A stretch of 64,000 nt of DNA, taken from positions 263,303 through 327,302 of the forward strand of contig JACPRW010000003.1 in NCBI GenBank assembly GCA_016193585.1, given 5' to 3'. This document shows, one piece after another, positions 9,158-18,447 of this stretch; the first letter of the stretch is position 1, and each line of letters begins with the position of its first letter. Source of the stretch: Candidatus Aenigmatarchaeota archaeon. GTDB lineage: Archaea > Aenigmatarchaeota > Aenigmatarchaeia > GW2011-AR5. Made by a program: the position numbers and the translations under genes. The notes beneath the pieces were generated by a model. It ran no database searches, was not told where the DNA came from, and worked only from the letters and a program-made list of their open reading frames with translations.

Positions 9158-9528
9158 TGGCTATGAAAGCCCAGACAAGCATGGAAATCGCCGCTATTGC
9201 GTCGTTGGTTCTTATTGCATTCGCGCTTGCCGCCGGCCTTGCAGCAGCCAAGAGCAGGGATTTGGAAACAATGAGGGATGCGGAAGACAAGAAAAGGGCA
9301 TGCAGCGCCTTTGCGCATGAGGTCAACAGCGTGTTCGCCGGCGGCAACGGGACCGTGAGCCTTCTCCAGATTGCGTATGGAATCCAGGTAGTCAATGACA
9401 CGGCGAACACCACGGGCGTCGTGTGCGCGCTCTGCTGCAACACGACCCGAAACGGTCAGGCAGCGTTCACGCTGCCAGGCGGCTGGGTGCGCATTGAAAA
9501 CAGGAACGGTGGCATCGATGTCGGCTAA
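9157..9528 (+). CDS. Pilin-like protein
   Basis: KAQTSMEIAAI plus hydrophobic stretch. Confidence 0.8.
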   Translation: MAMKAQTSMEIAAIASLVLIAFALAAGLAAAKSRDLETMRDAEDKKRACSAFAHEVNSVFAGGNGTVSLLQIAYGIQVVNDTANTTGVVCALCCNTTRNGQAAFTLPGGWVRIENRNGGIDVG

Positions 9529-9970
9529 AGGCCAGCTCTTTCTGGGCGATTTCGTCGTCGCGGTATTCATATTCGCAATCGTGCTTGCTATGCTGGCTGT
9601 GTCATGGGACACGGTTATGGAACGGTACAGCAGTCAGTCTGACGTGCAGGAAATGGAGCTGAAGGCAGCGTGGATTGCCGATGCGATGCTTACATCGGGA
9701 AAGCCGTCAGGATGGGAAAACAGCAACACAAGCGTCATCGGGCTCGTCGACCACGACCGGACGATAAGTCCGGCGAAGCTTGCCGCGTTCAGCGCAATGG
9801 ACTATAACCAGAGCAAGCGAGTCATGGGCGTGCAGGGGTACGAGTACTTTTTCAGCCTGCCCGCAAGCAACGTGACAAAGGGCGACCGCGGCGGCAGCAC
9901 GCGCGCCTTTGCCCGGCGCGTGGTCATGTACAACGGGGTTGAGTATCTTGAATTCATGCTATGGAAGTAA
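9518..9970 (+). CDS. Pilin-like protein
   Basis: MSAKGQLFLGDFVVAVFIF; start reassigned to ATG 9518. Confidence 0.8.
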   Translation: MSAKGQLFLGDFVVAVFIFAIVLAMLAVSWDTVMERYSSQSDVQEMELKAAWIADAMLTSGKPSGWENSNTSVIGLVDHDRTISPAKLAAFSAMDYNQSKRVMGVQGYEYFFSLPASNVTKGDRGGSTRAFARRVVMYNGVEYLEFMLWK

Positions 9971-10361
9971 GGGATTCGCGTTCACAGCGGACATGATGCT
10001 CGCAGCAGGCTCGGTCATGCTCATGATTGCCGTTGTGTACGCAATCTCCTTCGGGCATCCGCAGGAATTCCAGGCGCGGCGCACTGCGGCGGATATCGTC
10101 GCGCTTCTCGATTACACGCAGGTGCTCGACACGTTCAACAGCACCGCCATAGCGAACAACCTCACGGCGTACACGCCGTCCAACATGCGGCTCGGCATGA
10201 ACATAAGCCGTTACACAACAGCAGGAACGTTCGACAGCAGCATAGCAGTCATGTACGAAATGAACGGGACATTTTCTGCAGGCAGATGGTGGTTCGTTTC
10301 ATTCGCCGACAAAACAGTTGATGCATTCTACATAGTCGATTACAGGGTGACGCTCAAATGA
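9948..10361 (+). CDS. Pilin-like protein
   Basis: SKGFAFTADMMLA prepilin motif; start codon uncertain (TTG 9948 assumed). Confidence 0.65.
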   Translation: MNSCYGSKGFAFTADMMLAAGSVMLMIAVVYAISFGHPQEFQARRTAADIVALLDYTQVLDTFNSTAIANNLTAYTPSNMRLGMNISRYTTAGTFDSSIAVMYEMNGTFSAGRWWFVSFADKTVDAFYIVDYRVTLK

Positions 10362-10377
10362 GATGCATGAATAATCA

Positions 10378-10623
10378 TATAGTGAACCAAGTAAATAATC
10401 AGGTATTATAGCAATACAAGGAAATAAACAGGATATATTACTTCCTTGTTTGCTATATGTGAAACAAGAAGCAATATGCCGATGTTATTTTCTTGTTTCA
10501 CTATATAGCTTGGTTCACGTACACCCAAAAAGCAAAGCTTTTTGGTGCACCGGAAAACCTTGTTTTCCGCGTGTAGCGGACAACAAAAGTAATATGTCGG
10601 TATTCTTTTGTTGGTCCACTATA
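10378..10623. repeat. Nested composite repeat: A split by B (10407-10457) + C (10454-10505), then X1 (10522-10573) and D (10574-10623)
   Basis: Each module recurs elsewhere or shares the consensus; junctions are TA/TATA. Confidence 0.9.
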
Positions 10624-10719
10624 AAGCAGGCTTGGTGTTCTGAAAATGAAGTCTCGAGGAAATAAAAGAAGACTTCTTTTCAAAGACACCGTTTATGAGA
10701 TGCATGTGGTGCTCTGAAA

Positions 10720-11562
10720 ATGAAAGGCATTGTGCTCGGCATCGGCGTGCTGCTGCTTGCTCTCGTGCTGTTCAGCATGGCATTCATGCTCGCCGAGAGC
10801 AGCGGCCGCAAAAGCAGGGACATCGACAGGCTGCATGTTTTCGACCGGCTTGACGACGAACTGAAAGCAACGGAAAACGCCTACCGTGATATCGTGGGCA
10901 AGGCAATCATCATTTCCAGGGGCAACCGCACCGTGTTTTTTAACGAAACGCTTCCCAGCGGCGATGCGGCAAGTTTCACGGCGAACGTGGACAACTTCAG
11001 GGCATTTGTCGGGAGTCATTCCCAGTTTGCCATGAAGCTGGATATGAGCCAAGTGACATCAACGCTGCCGCTTACCATACGTCCTGCAGGCGTTCGCTAC
11101 GACCACCCGAGCGGATTCGGCAACGGCACCATCGACATAACGAATGCGCAGGCGGTTCTGCGCTACAATGTGAGCATCCTTGTCAACAGGTCGCATAATA
11201 CCCCTACAAAATGGAAAGACGGACCTAACGTTGATACAAATGGCATTGGATTTGATATCACCATCAGCCACAATGGCGGTACTGATTTTGCCTATTCAAA
11301 CAAGCTGAGCACAACACTGCCTTCCGCCATTGAGATAAAGCTTCCCGGAGGAAATAACGAAATAACCATTACCATAGGGAATGCAAGTATGCCAGGCATG
11401 CTGCATATTACAAACAATGACGCCACCATCCGCGCGTTTGTCGCCGTCAACATGACCGTGAACACGACGGACCTTATTTCCGTCAATTTTCCCGAAAAAA
11501 GTATTAATATGACGGCCCCTGAATATAACATCAGCAAGCTGGACGCGGTGCGAGTTGACTGA
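10720..11562 (+). CDS. Pilin-like/secreted protein of the pilus locus
   Basis: MKG plus hydrophobic N-terminus, Asn/Thr-rich beta domain. Confidence 0.75.
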   Translation: MKGIVLGIGVLLLALVLFSMAFMLAESSGRKSRDIDRLHVFDRLDDELKATENAYRDIVGKAIIISRGNRTVFFNETLPSGDAASFTANVDNFRAFVGSHSQFAMKLDMSQVTSTLPLTIRPAGVRYDHPSGFGNGTIDITNAQAVLRYNVSILVNRSHNTPTKWKDGPNVDTNGIGFDITISHNGGTDFAYSNKLSTTLPSAIEIKLPGGNNEITITIGNASMPGMLHITNNDATIRAFVAVNMTVNTTDLISVNFPEKSINMTAPEYNISKLDAVRVD

Positions 11563-12133
11563 CATGCCAAAACAGCAGGACGAGAAGCTGAAGAAGCTCG
11601 AGGACGACCTGAAGGAGCTGGAGCGCCGCATCGAAGGCGAGATCAGCGACACGAGGCGGCGTGTGAAGGACGACATGCAGCAGCTCGAGGCTTCGTTCAG
11701 GACATTCAGGGACGTGATGAAGAAAATCTACGAGGAGAAGAAGGAACTCGAGAAGGACAGGGACTTCCTTCTCGAAAAGCACAAGGAACTGCTCCGCAAG
11801 CTGCCGCTGCAGGTAGCAGCAGGCGTGCAGGAGAAGCTCGTCGCGCCGGTGCAGCAGGCAATCCAGGAACAGGCGGATTTCATCACAGTAGCTGCCAAGG
11901 GAGGCGATGAGGCCCAGAAGGAAACGACGCCCATCGACGAGCTGTTCGCGTATGTCGCCAAAAACGGCAAGGTCAGGGTGAACGAGGCTGCGAAAAAATT
12001 CAACGTGCACGAGGTTCGCATCGAGGAGTGGGCAAAAATACTCGAGGAGCACGGGCTCATTGAGGTTCATTACCCGCCATTCGGCAAGGCCGAGCTGCGG
12101 AAAGCGCGGATAGAAACCGCCGCAGCGAAATAA
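11555..12133 (+). CDS. Coiled-coil protein with C-terminal winged-helix-like domain
   Basis: 192 aa; IEEWAKILEEHGLIEVHYP; precedes the pilus ATPase. Confidence 0.7.
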   Translation: MTDMPKQQDEKLKKLEDDLKELERRIEGEISDTRRRVKDDMQQLEASFRTFRDVMKKIYEEKKELEKDRDFLLEKHKELLRKLPLQVAAGVQEKLVAPVQQAIQEQADFITVAAKGGDEAQKETTPIDELFAYVAKNGKVRVNEAAKKFNVHEVRIEEWAKILEEHGLIEVHYPPFGKAELRKARIETAAAK

Positions 12134-12181
12134 GACGTCCGGTTCATTAATCTTTAATTCTGCCAAAAGCCATGTACATGC

Positions 12182-13681
12182 ATGGCTGTCGTGAAAAGCT
12201 ACAGCGTTCTTGTTGACGGCGTGAAAATCGACGTTCATGTTGCCGAGAAGGAGGATTTCATCAGGACGTACCGCATTGCGCTGCCCGAAATCTCCTCCGC
12301 GACGCTCGCGCTGCTCGACACCGTAAAGGAGGAGCTCCTCAAGGAGACGAAAATAGCACCGGAGGAAATATTCGACCCGGCGAGGATACTCAGCCTCAGG
12401 GAGGAGTTCCGGAAGAAGGCTGACATGCTGGTGTCGCGCAAGATCCCCGGCGTCAGCGACAGGACGAAAAACATGCTTGCCGCGTTCCTTCTCCATGAGA
12501 TGCTGGGACTGGGAAAGCTCGAGGTACTTCTCGCCGACGGCGATCTTGAGGAGGTCGTCGTCAATTCGGCGAAAGAGCCGGTGTGGGTGTACCACAAGAC
12601 CTACGGCTGGCTGAAGACGAACGTGGTCATGGAAAGCGAGCGGCAGGTCCAGAACTACGCGAGCATCATAGCGCGCCGCGCCGGCAGGCAGATAACAACG
12701 CTCGAGCCGCTGCTCGATGCGCATCTCGTGACCGGCGACCGCGCCAATGCGACGCTGTTTCCCATCTCGACGAAAGGCAACACGCTCACCATCAGGAAAT
12801 TTGCCCGGAAGCCGTGGACAATCGTCGACTTTATAGCCAACAAGACGCTCAATGAGGAAGCTGCAGCCTTCCTCTGGCTGTGCATCCAGTACGAGCTCAA
12901 CATGATCACCGCGGGCGGCACGTCGAGCGGCAAAACAAGCCTCATGAATTCGCTCATGCCGTTCATCCAGCCGAATCATCGCATCATAACCATCGAGGAT
13001 ACGCGCGAGCTCCGGCTCCCGGACTTCCTGCACTGGGTTCCGCTCACCACGCGCCAGGCAAATTCCGAGGGGAAGGGTTCGGTTGAAATGCTCGACCTCA
13101 TGGTAAACGCGCTTCGGATGAGGCCCGACAGGGTCGTTGTCGGCGAAATACGGCGCGGGGACCAGGCGGAAGTCTTGTTCGAAGCGATGCATACCGGTCA
13201 CAGCGTCTATGCAACGCTCCATGCCGATACCGTTGACCAGGTCCTGCGGCGCCTTACCAACCCGCCTATCAGCATCTCGCAGGTGATGCTCGAGGCGCTG
13301 CACGTCGTCAACGTCATGTACCGGGACAGGAGAAAAGGCATACGGAGGCTGTACCAGGTTGCCGAGCTCGTGCCGACAGGCGAGAGCGACGAACAGATCG
13401 TTCTCAAGTCCAATGTCCTCTATCGGTGCAAGCCGTCCGGCGACATCGTCGCGCATGACGAGTGCGTGCGGGTTTTCGACGCGCTGAAGATGCATACCGG
13501 CATGACCGAGAAGGAGCTGGTAGCAGATTTGTCAGAGAAGATTGCTGTGCTTGGATGGCTTGTTGCGCAGAACGTGAGCGATATGCCCGATATAGGTAAA
13601 GTCATAGCAGCGTACTATGCCGATTCCGGGCAAGTCGTGAAGCTCGCCCAGGCAAAAGGAAAGCCGGAAAAACTGTGGTGA
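12182..13681 (+). CDS. Type II/IV secretion system ATPase (CpaF/TadA/VirB11 family)
   Basis: GGTSSGKT, IEDTREL, LRMRPDR, GEIR, MHTGH. Confidence 0.95.
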   Translation: MAVVKSYSVLVDGVKIDVHVAEKEDFIRTYRIALPEISSATLALLDTVKEELLKETKIAPEEIFDPARILSLREEFRKKADMLVSRKIPGVSDRTKNMLAAFLLHEMLGLGKLEVLLADGDLEEVVVNSAKEPVWVYHKTYGWLKTNVVMESERQVQNYASIIARRAGRQITTLEPLLDAHLVTGDRANATLFPISTKGNTLTIRKFARKPWTIVDFIANKTLNEEAAAFLWLCIQYELNMITAGGTSSGKTSLMNSLMPFIQPNHRIITIEDTRELRLPDFLHWVPLTTRQANSEGKGSVEMLDLMVNALRMRPDRVVVGEIRRGDQAEVLFEAMHTGHSVYATLHADTVDQVLRRLTNPPISISQVMLEALHVVNVMYRDRRKGIRRLYQVAELVPTGESDEQIVLKSNVLYRCKPSGDIVAHDECVRVFDALKMHTGMTEKELVADLSEKIAVLGWLVAQNVSDMPDIGKVIAAYYADSGQVVKLAQAKGKPEKLW

Positions 13682-14556
13682 GCTGCATGCGCATCCCCTT
13701 GTGTCCGCTGCCGGTGAACAGGGCCAAGGCAGTTTCAAGACGGCTGTACGGAATTGCCGAGCCGCTGGCACGGCTTTCGCCTGGTCTGAAAGTCGAGCTC
13801 AAACAGGCTGATTTCGGTCTGGACGAGCGCGAATACATGAGCATAGCGCTCTTCACGTCGCTTTTCGTATTCGTCGTAACCGGCGTATCGCTGTACCTTG
13901 CCACGCTTGCGTCGCCGAAAGGCATTGCAGCAAGTGTCACGGCAGCAGCCGTCCTCTCGTTTGCCTCGTTCGTGTATCTGCGGAATTACCCACGTCTTAT
14001 TGTCCAGCGGAAGGTGGCGGACATCGAGAAGAACCTGCTCCACAGCCTGCGCCACCTGTCCATACAGGCAAAGGCAGGCGTCCCGCTCTTCGATGCGCTC
14101 GCATCCGTCGCCGCAAGCAGCTACGGGACAGTGAGCCTTGAATTCAGGAAGGCAGTGAAGGAAATAAACTCCGGGCGCAACGTCGAGGCGGTTCTCGAAG
14201 ATTTGGCAATGAGGAATCCGTCGCCGCATTTCAGGAGGTCGGTCTGGCAGCTTGCCAACGGAATGAAGGCCGGAAGCGACGTGGCGCGCATACTCAATGA
14301 TGTCATCCAGGAGCTCGCAGCTGAGCAGCGCATCACCATACGCCGTTACGGCTCCTCGCTCAATCCGCTCACGCTTGTGTACATGATGATTGCAGTCATC
14401 ATCCCATCGCTGGGTGTCACCTTCCTCATCGTGCTCTCAACGTTCTCGGGAGTGCCGGTAAGCGAAGGGACGTTCATTGCCATAGGCGCATTCCTTCTGG
14501 TCTTCCAGTTCATGTTCCTGGGCATCATGAAAAGCAGGAGGCCCACTATCATCTGA
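13675..14556 (+). CDS. Type II secretion F/TadB-TadC membrane platform protein
   Basis: T2SSF helical domain plus TM segments, follows the ATPase. Confidence 0.9.
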   Translation: MVSCMRIPLCPLPVNRAKAVSRRLYGIAEPLARLSPGLKVELKQADFGLDEREYMSIALFTSLFVFVVTGVSLYLATLASPKGIAASVTAAAVLSFASFVYLRNYPRLIVQRKVADIEKNLLHSLRHLSIQAKAGVPLFDALASVAASSYGTVSLEFRKAVKEINSGRNVEAVLEDLAMRNPSPHFRRSVWQLANGMKAGSDVARILNDVIQELAAEQRITIRRYGSSLNPLTLVYMMIAVIIPSLGVTFLIVLSTFSGVPVSEGTFIAIGAFLLVFQFMFLGIMKSRRPTII

Positions 14557-14580
14557 ACAGGGCCGAAGTGAGGGATAATC

Positions 14581-15543
14581 ATGTACGAATATATTACCAA
14601 GCTGCTGCCGAAGGGTATTACGAGAAGCTATCACGAGCTGCTCCGGTACAATGATGTCAGGATAGACAGTGACCGGTTCACAGGTTTTCTGCTCCTCTTC
14701 GGCATCGGCGCCGCCTTCGCGCTCGCATTCGATTCCATGGTTCTGCTGTCACTGCCAGGAGAGCTTTTTTTCCCCATCTTCGTAGCGTCCTTTGCTGCAG
14801 TCCAGGCAATTGCTTATGTATGGCTTTCCCTCGCCGCGGACGCGAAGGCGCGGTTCGTCGAAAGCATACTGCCTGACGCGCTCAGGCTGATGGCCATGAA
14901 TCTGCGCGCCGGCATGACTGCCGACAGGGCAATGCTTCTCGCTGCAAAGCCGGAATTCGGGGTTCTTGAGCGCGAGCTGTCGAAAGCAGGCAAGCAGATA
15001 CTGGCGGGAAAGGAGGTCAGGTATGCGCTGCTTGAAATACCGAAGCGCATCAGGTCCGAGACGCTTGAGCGCACGGTGCACCTTATCACGGAAGGGATAG
15101 AATCCGGCGGGGAGCTTTCCGAGCTGCTCGAGCAGGCAGCGGAGGATATACAGCATACGCGCCTCATCCAGGGTGAAATCCAGGCGCACGTCTCCATGTA
15201 CGCCATTTTCATATTCATGGCCGCGGGCGTCGGCGCGCCGCTCCTCCTCGGCATCTCGACCTATATTGTCGAGGTACTGGGCAGGCAGTTTGCACGGTTT
15301 CCGGCGAGCGTTGGAAATCCGCTGCCCATCGCACAGGGCAGCATAGCGGTTTCTCCTGATTTCCTCATGGCGTTTGCAGTCGCTTCCCTTTCGCTGACAG
15401 CGCTCTTCGCGGGTCTCATCATCGGCATTATCAGGAAAGGCAATGCCAGAGAAGGAATGCGCTACCTGCTGCCGCTGCTCATCCTTTCGCTCGCCGTGTT
15501 TTTCGGCGTCCGCTGGTTCGTTGCCGGTGCCTTCTCGTTCTGA
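14581..15543 (+). CDS. Type II secretion F/TadC membrane platform protein
   Basis: LPDALRLMAMNLRAG, GIESGGEL. Confidence 0.9.
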   Translation: MYEYITKLLPKGITRSYHELLRYNDVRIDSDRFTGFLLLFGIGAAFALAFDSMVLLSLPGELFFPIFVASFAAVQAIAYVWLSLAADAKARFVESILPDALRLMAMNLRAGMTADRAMLLAAKPEFGVLERELSKAGKQILAGKEVRYALLEIPKRIRSETLERTVHLITEGIESGGELSELLEQAAEDIQHTRLIQGEIQAHVSMYAIFIFMAAGVGAPLLLGISTYIVEVLGRQFARFPASVGNPLPIAQGSIAVSPDFLMAFAVASLSLTALFAGLIIGIIRKGNAREGMRYLLPLLILSLAVFFGVRWFVAGAFSF

Positions 15544-15600
15544 CCGAAAATGCTGCAAGACTTAAATACTCGGGCAGACAGAAATATGTTAGGTGAACAG

Positions 15601-16068
15601 ATGAAAGGACAGGGTGCGCTTGAATACCTCATGACCTATGGTTGGGCGCTTCTGATTATTGTCGTCGTCGGCGCGGCGCTGTACGCGTCCGGTGTTCTCA
15701 ATCCAGCCACGTACACGCAGTCGCGATGCAGCGGGTTCGTCTATTTCTCGTTCCAGAACCAGAAACTGCTGCCAAATAACGGCTACCTTATCCAGGTGCA
15801 GAACGGCAATGCCGAGGTGAATATCACCGGCATCAAGGCGGGCATCATGTCGGCTTCTGCGGCGCCGTCGGCAGTGACCGTCGATGGCTCAACACCGGCA
15901 ACCCATATTGCACAGGCGAAAAGCATCATCATCAACACGACCTCTGACGTGACCGACCGCGCTTCGGGAGACACGGTGACGGATTTCGATGTCGAGATAA
16001 CGTACGACATCCGCAACGGCATAACAGGCATCAAGGATTCAGCCACGTGCACCATGAAGGTGCAATGA
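15601..16068 (+). CDS. Major pilin-like protein (DPANN type)
   Basis: MKGQGALEYLMTYGWALLIIVVV; start reassigned to ATG 15601. Confidence 0.88.
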   Translation: MKGQGALEYLMTYGWALLIIVVVGAALYASGVLNPATYTQSRCSGFVYFSFQNQKLLPNNGYLIQVQNGNAEVNITGIKAGIMSASAAPSAVTVDGSTPATHIAQAKSIIINTTSDVTDRASGDTVTDFDVEITYDIRNGITGIKDSATCTMKVQ

Positions 16069-16077
16069 GGTAAAGAA

Positions 16078-16428
16078 TCAGCGTTTTTTCTTTCGCTTCC
16101 TGACGGGCTTCGCGGGCGGCGCGGATGCATTGGTTTGAGCAAGCCTCACAGAAACTCTGCTCTCGTACATCCTGAAAATCTCGAACGCCCCGAAGAAAAG
16201 CGACGCCGATGCCACGAGCTTTATCCACGGGTTGATTACCGCGATTTCCGGTGTGTCGGCTATGCGCTCGTAGAAGTTGCTGAGGGCAAGGAGGATGAAT
16301 CCCATGATGAAATACATCCAGTAAGGAGGCACCTGCATTCCCCGGAAGTGCTTGATAAGGGTAAAGCTGAGGAGCAGGGCGCTCGCGATGATGAGCGAAA
16401 TAGACAGAATTTCAAGCACGTCAAGCAT
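16078..16428 (-). CDS. Small membrane protein (3 TM)
   Basis: Hydrophobic helices, basic tail. Confidence 0.65.
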   Translation of the reverse strand: MLDVLEILSISLIIASALLLSFTLIKHFRGMQVPPYWMYFIMGFILLALSNFYERIADTPEIAVINPWIKLVASASLFFGAFEIFRMYESRVSVRLAQTNASAPPAKPVRKRKKKR

Positions 16429-16434
16429 ACGGGG

Positions 16435-17064
16435 TCACGATTCCAATAGTATTTTGTTCCCTTCCAATTTATACTTTACTTCCTGCTCCCCGGCAGGATG
16501 TTTGATAAGCAGGGTGCCGGTCCCGAATTCTATGGTGGTGTCCGTGAGCGATTCAAGCACTGAAAGTTCCTTTTCGTCATGCATGCCTTTTTCTACCATG
16601 ATCAGCGTCGTCGATTTCTGCGCCTTGAGTTTCCCCATGTTGACCTCCATGAATTCCTCAATCTGGCTGAGCTTGTTGTGGAGAACGAGCGGCGAGATGG
16701 TGTCGAACACTACCCGCACCGGCGGCTTCACCGACCGCAGGACGTTGGTGAGCGCGATGCTTATCTCATTGAGCGCGTAGGGCCCTGAAACGCGGGTAAC
16801 GGCGCTCTCGTCGAGCTTTGATATGCCGGCGTGGAGCGTGTAGCAGTCGATTATCTTCAGAGGGGTGTCGATGCCGCCTTCCATCTGGCGGAGTATGTTG
16901 TCGACAGCGTACTCGGGGAAGTTGTTGGTTATCACATAGATGCTGTTTTCTTTCATGCGCATGCCGTCGGCAAGAAACTGGCTTGCAAAGAGCGTCTTCT
17001 CGCTCCGCGGCTTGCCGATGACGAGTACCGAAGAGCCTTTCTTGACGAGGTCAAAGAGCTCCAT
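16435..17064 (-). CDS. KaiC/RecA-superfamily ATPase-like protein with degenerate Walker A
   Basis: GKPRSEKTLF, RVVFDTIS, EKGMHD. Confidence 0.8.
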   Translation of the reverse strand: MELFDLVKKGSSVLVIGKPRSEKTLFASQFLADGMRMKENSIYVITNNFPEYAVDNILRQMEGGIDTPLKIIDCYTLHAGISKLDESAVTRVSGPYALNEISIALTNVLRSVKPPVRVVFDTISPLVLHNKLSQIEEFMEVNMGKLKAQKSTTLIMVEKGMHDEKELSVLESLTDTTIEFGTGTLLIKHPAGEQEVKYKLEGNKILLES

Positions 17065-17153
17065 ATGATGCTATTATTGCACGCTGCAGAATTTAAGCAG
17101 TTGCTCCTTGAGAACGGCGCGCCCCGGTGCAGTGCGGTCGTAATGGCCGCGCT

Positions 17154-17972
17154 TCAGGTGATGTCGGTGAAGACCTCTTCTGACGGATAGACGAGCATGC
17201 CGCCGGGCCGCTCTATCTCAACGGGATGGATTTTTGTCGAGTGCTTGGTCGACCGCAGCTTGCGTATCGCCACTGCGCGGAGGAACATGTTTCCTTGGCG
17301 GAGGTAGTAGAGCACGAAGACGCCGTCTGCGACGTACTCCTCGACGCCGTACGGCGAAAGCTCATTCTGTCCCTCCCCTATTTCCGATATGGCAAGCGTC
17401 GTGCAGCCAAGCTTCTTGAGCAGCGTCTCGAGGTCAAGGAGCGACTTGCGGATCTTGAACGGCTCCTCGAAGTACATGCCTATGATCGATAGGGAATCGA
17501 TGACCAGTCGTTTCGCTTTGACCTTGTCGATGGTGTCCTCTATGATGGTGAGCAGTGCCTCGTAATTGTAGAGTTCCGGCTGCACGATGAGCAGCAGCCC
17601 TTTCTCGATAAGCTCGTCAACCGGCCAGCCGAAGAACCGCATCTGGTTGAGCGTCTCTTCCATGCTTTCCTGCAGCGAAATGTAAATGCCCGGTTCCCCT
17701 GTTTGAGCTCCATGGATAAGAAATTTCATGCCAAAAATCGATTTGCCCGTCCCCGTCGTGCCGCTGAGAAGCACCAGGGATTTCTGGGGTATGCCGCCTT
17801 CAATCAGCTCGTCAAAGCCTTCTACTCCCGTCGGTACGCGCTGGAGTTCGCCTGGATTCGCGGTGTACGTGGTGAGAAGCTTTTCAGCCTCTTTCGTTAT
17901 GAGCTCGATTTTTTTGTGGTGGTCCTCAAGCTCATCGTGAAGCGAATGGAATTTGATGTTCACGCCTGTCAT
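17154..17972 (-). CDS. KaiC-like ATPase (RAD55/GvpD family)
   Basis: SGTTGTGKS, RLVIDSLS, EEYVADG, KLRSTKH. Confidence 0.92.
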   Translation of the reverse strand: MTGVNIKFHSLHDELEDHHKKIELITKEAEKLLTTYTANPGELQRVPTGVEGFDELIEGGIPQKSLVLLSGTTGTGKSIFGMKFLIHGAQTGEPGIYISLQESMEETLNQMRFFGWPVDELIEKGLLLIVQPELYNYEALLTIIEDTIDKVKAKRLVIDSLSIIGMYFEEPFKIRKSLLDLETLLKKLGCTTLAISEIGEGQNELSPYGVEEYVADGVFVLYYLRQGNMFLRAVAIRKLRSTKHSTKIHPVEIERPGGMLVYPSEEVFTDIT

Positions 17973-18111
17973 GATATCCTTTGTTCGGCTGCAATAAAAA
18001 GATTTTATGGAAATGTAACACAGACGCGGTGGGGAAATAAACTTTAAATGCTCTTTTCATATAAGATTGTTGGGAGCTTTTCTCCGTGAATTTTCTTGGC
18101 GCGTGGTCTGC

Positions 18112-18447
18112 ATGAAGACGCAGTGTGAAGTTGTTGTCAATGATATTCTGCCCGGACTGCGCGCCGCTGTGTCGCGGGAGCTCATCGTCCAGTACAATAT
18201 GAACCAATCGGAGGTGGCGGAGCGTCTCGGCGTCAGCCAGCCCGCGATATCGCAATACCTGAGGAAGCTCCGCGGCAACAAGCTCATCGAGAACAAGGAA
18301 GTCTCCGACGGGATAAAGCAGCTCTGCTCGAAGATTTACGCTGGCGAAATCGGCACGACCGCCATTTCCCCTGAGCTGTGGAACATATGCAGGCTTGCAG
18401 CGCGGATAAACGACTGCCCTCTCTGCTTCAGCAACGGAAGGAAGTAG
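18112..18447 (+). CDS. Predicted HTH transcriptional regulator
   Basis: MKTQCEVVVNDILPGLRA..QSEVAERLGVSQPAISQY; start reassigned. Confidence 0.85.
   Translation: MKTQCEVVVNDILPGLRAAVSRELIVQYNMNQSEVAERLGVSQPAISQYLRKLRGNKLIENKEVSDGIKQLCSKIYAGEIGTTAISPELWNICRLAARINDCPLCFSNGRK

Noticed and set aside
10378-10623. Repeat arrays as a CRISPR array
   Set aside because: Units are inverted repeats of differing sequence that abut or nest; there are no identical direct repeats separated by unique spacers and no cas1/cas2.
10450-10689. Short ORFs over repeats (10450-10665, 10501-10689, 975-1331, 2335-2613, 42455-42743, 54726-55069) and repeat-derived N-termini of the 42325 and 44861 ORFs
   Set aside because: They are translations of the palindromic repeats; the same pseudo-peptides (MLYVKQ, HPKSKAFWCTGK) recur wherever the repeat does.
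11531-13495. Long antisense ORFs (e.g. 11531-13495, 6008-7363, 21419-23335, 38070-39059)
   Set aside because: Shadow ORFs opposite well-supported genes, expected from GC-rich third codon positions; no motifs.
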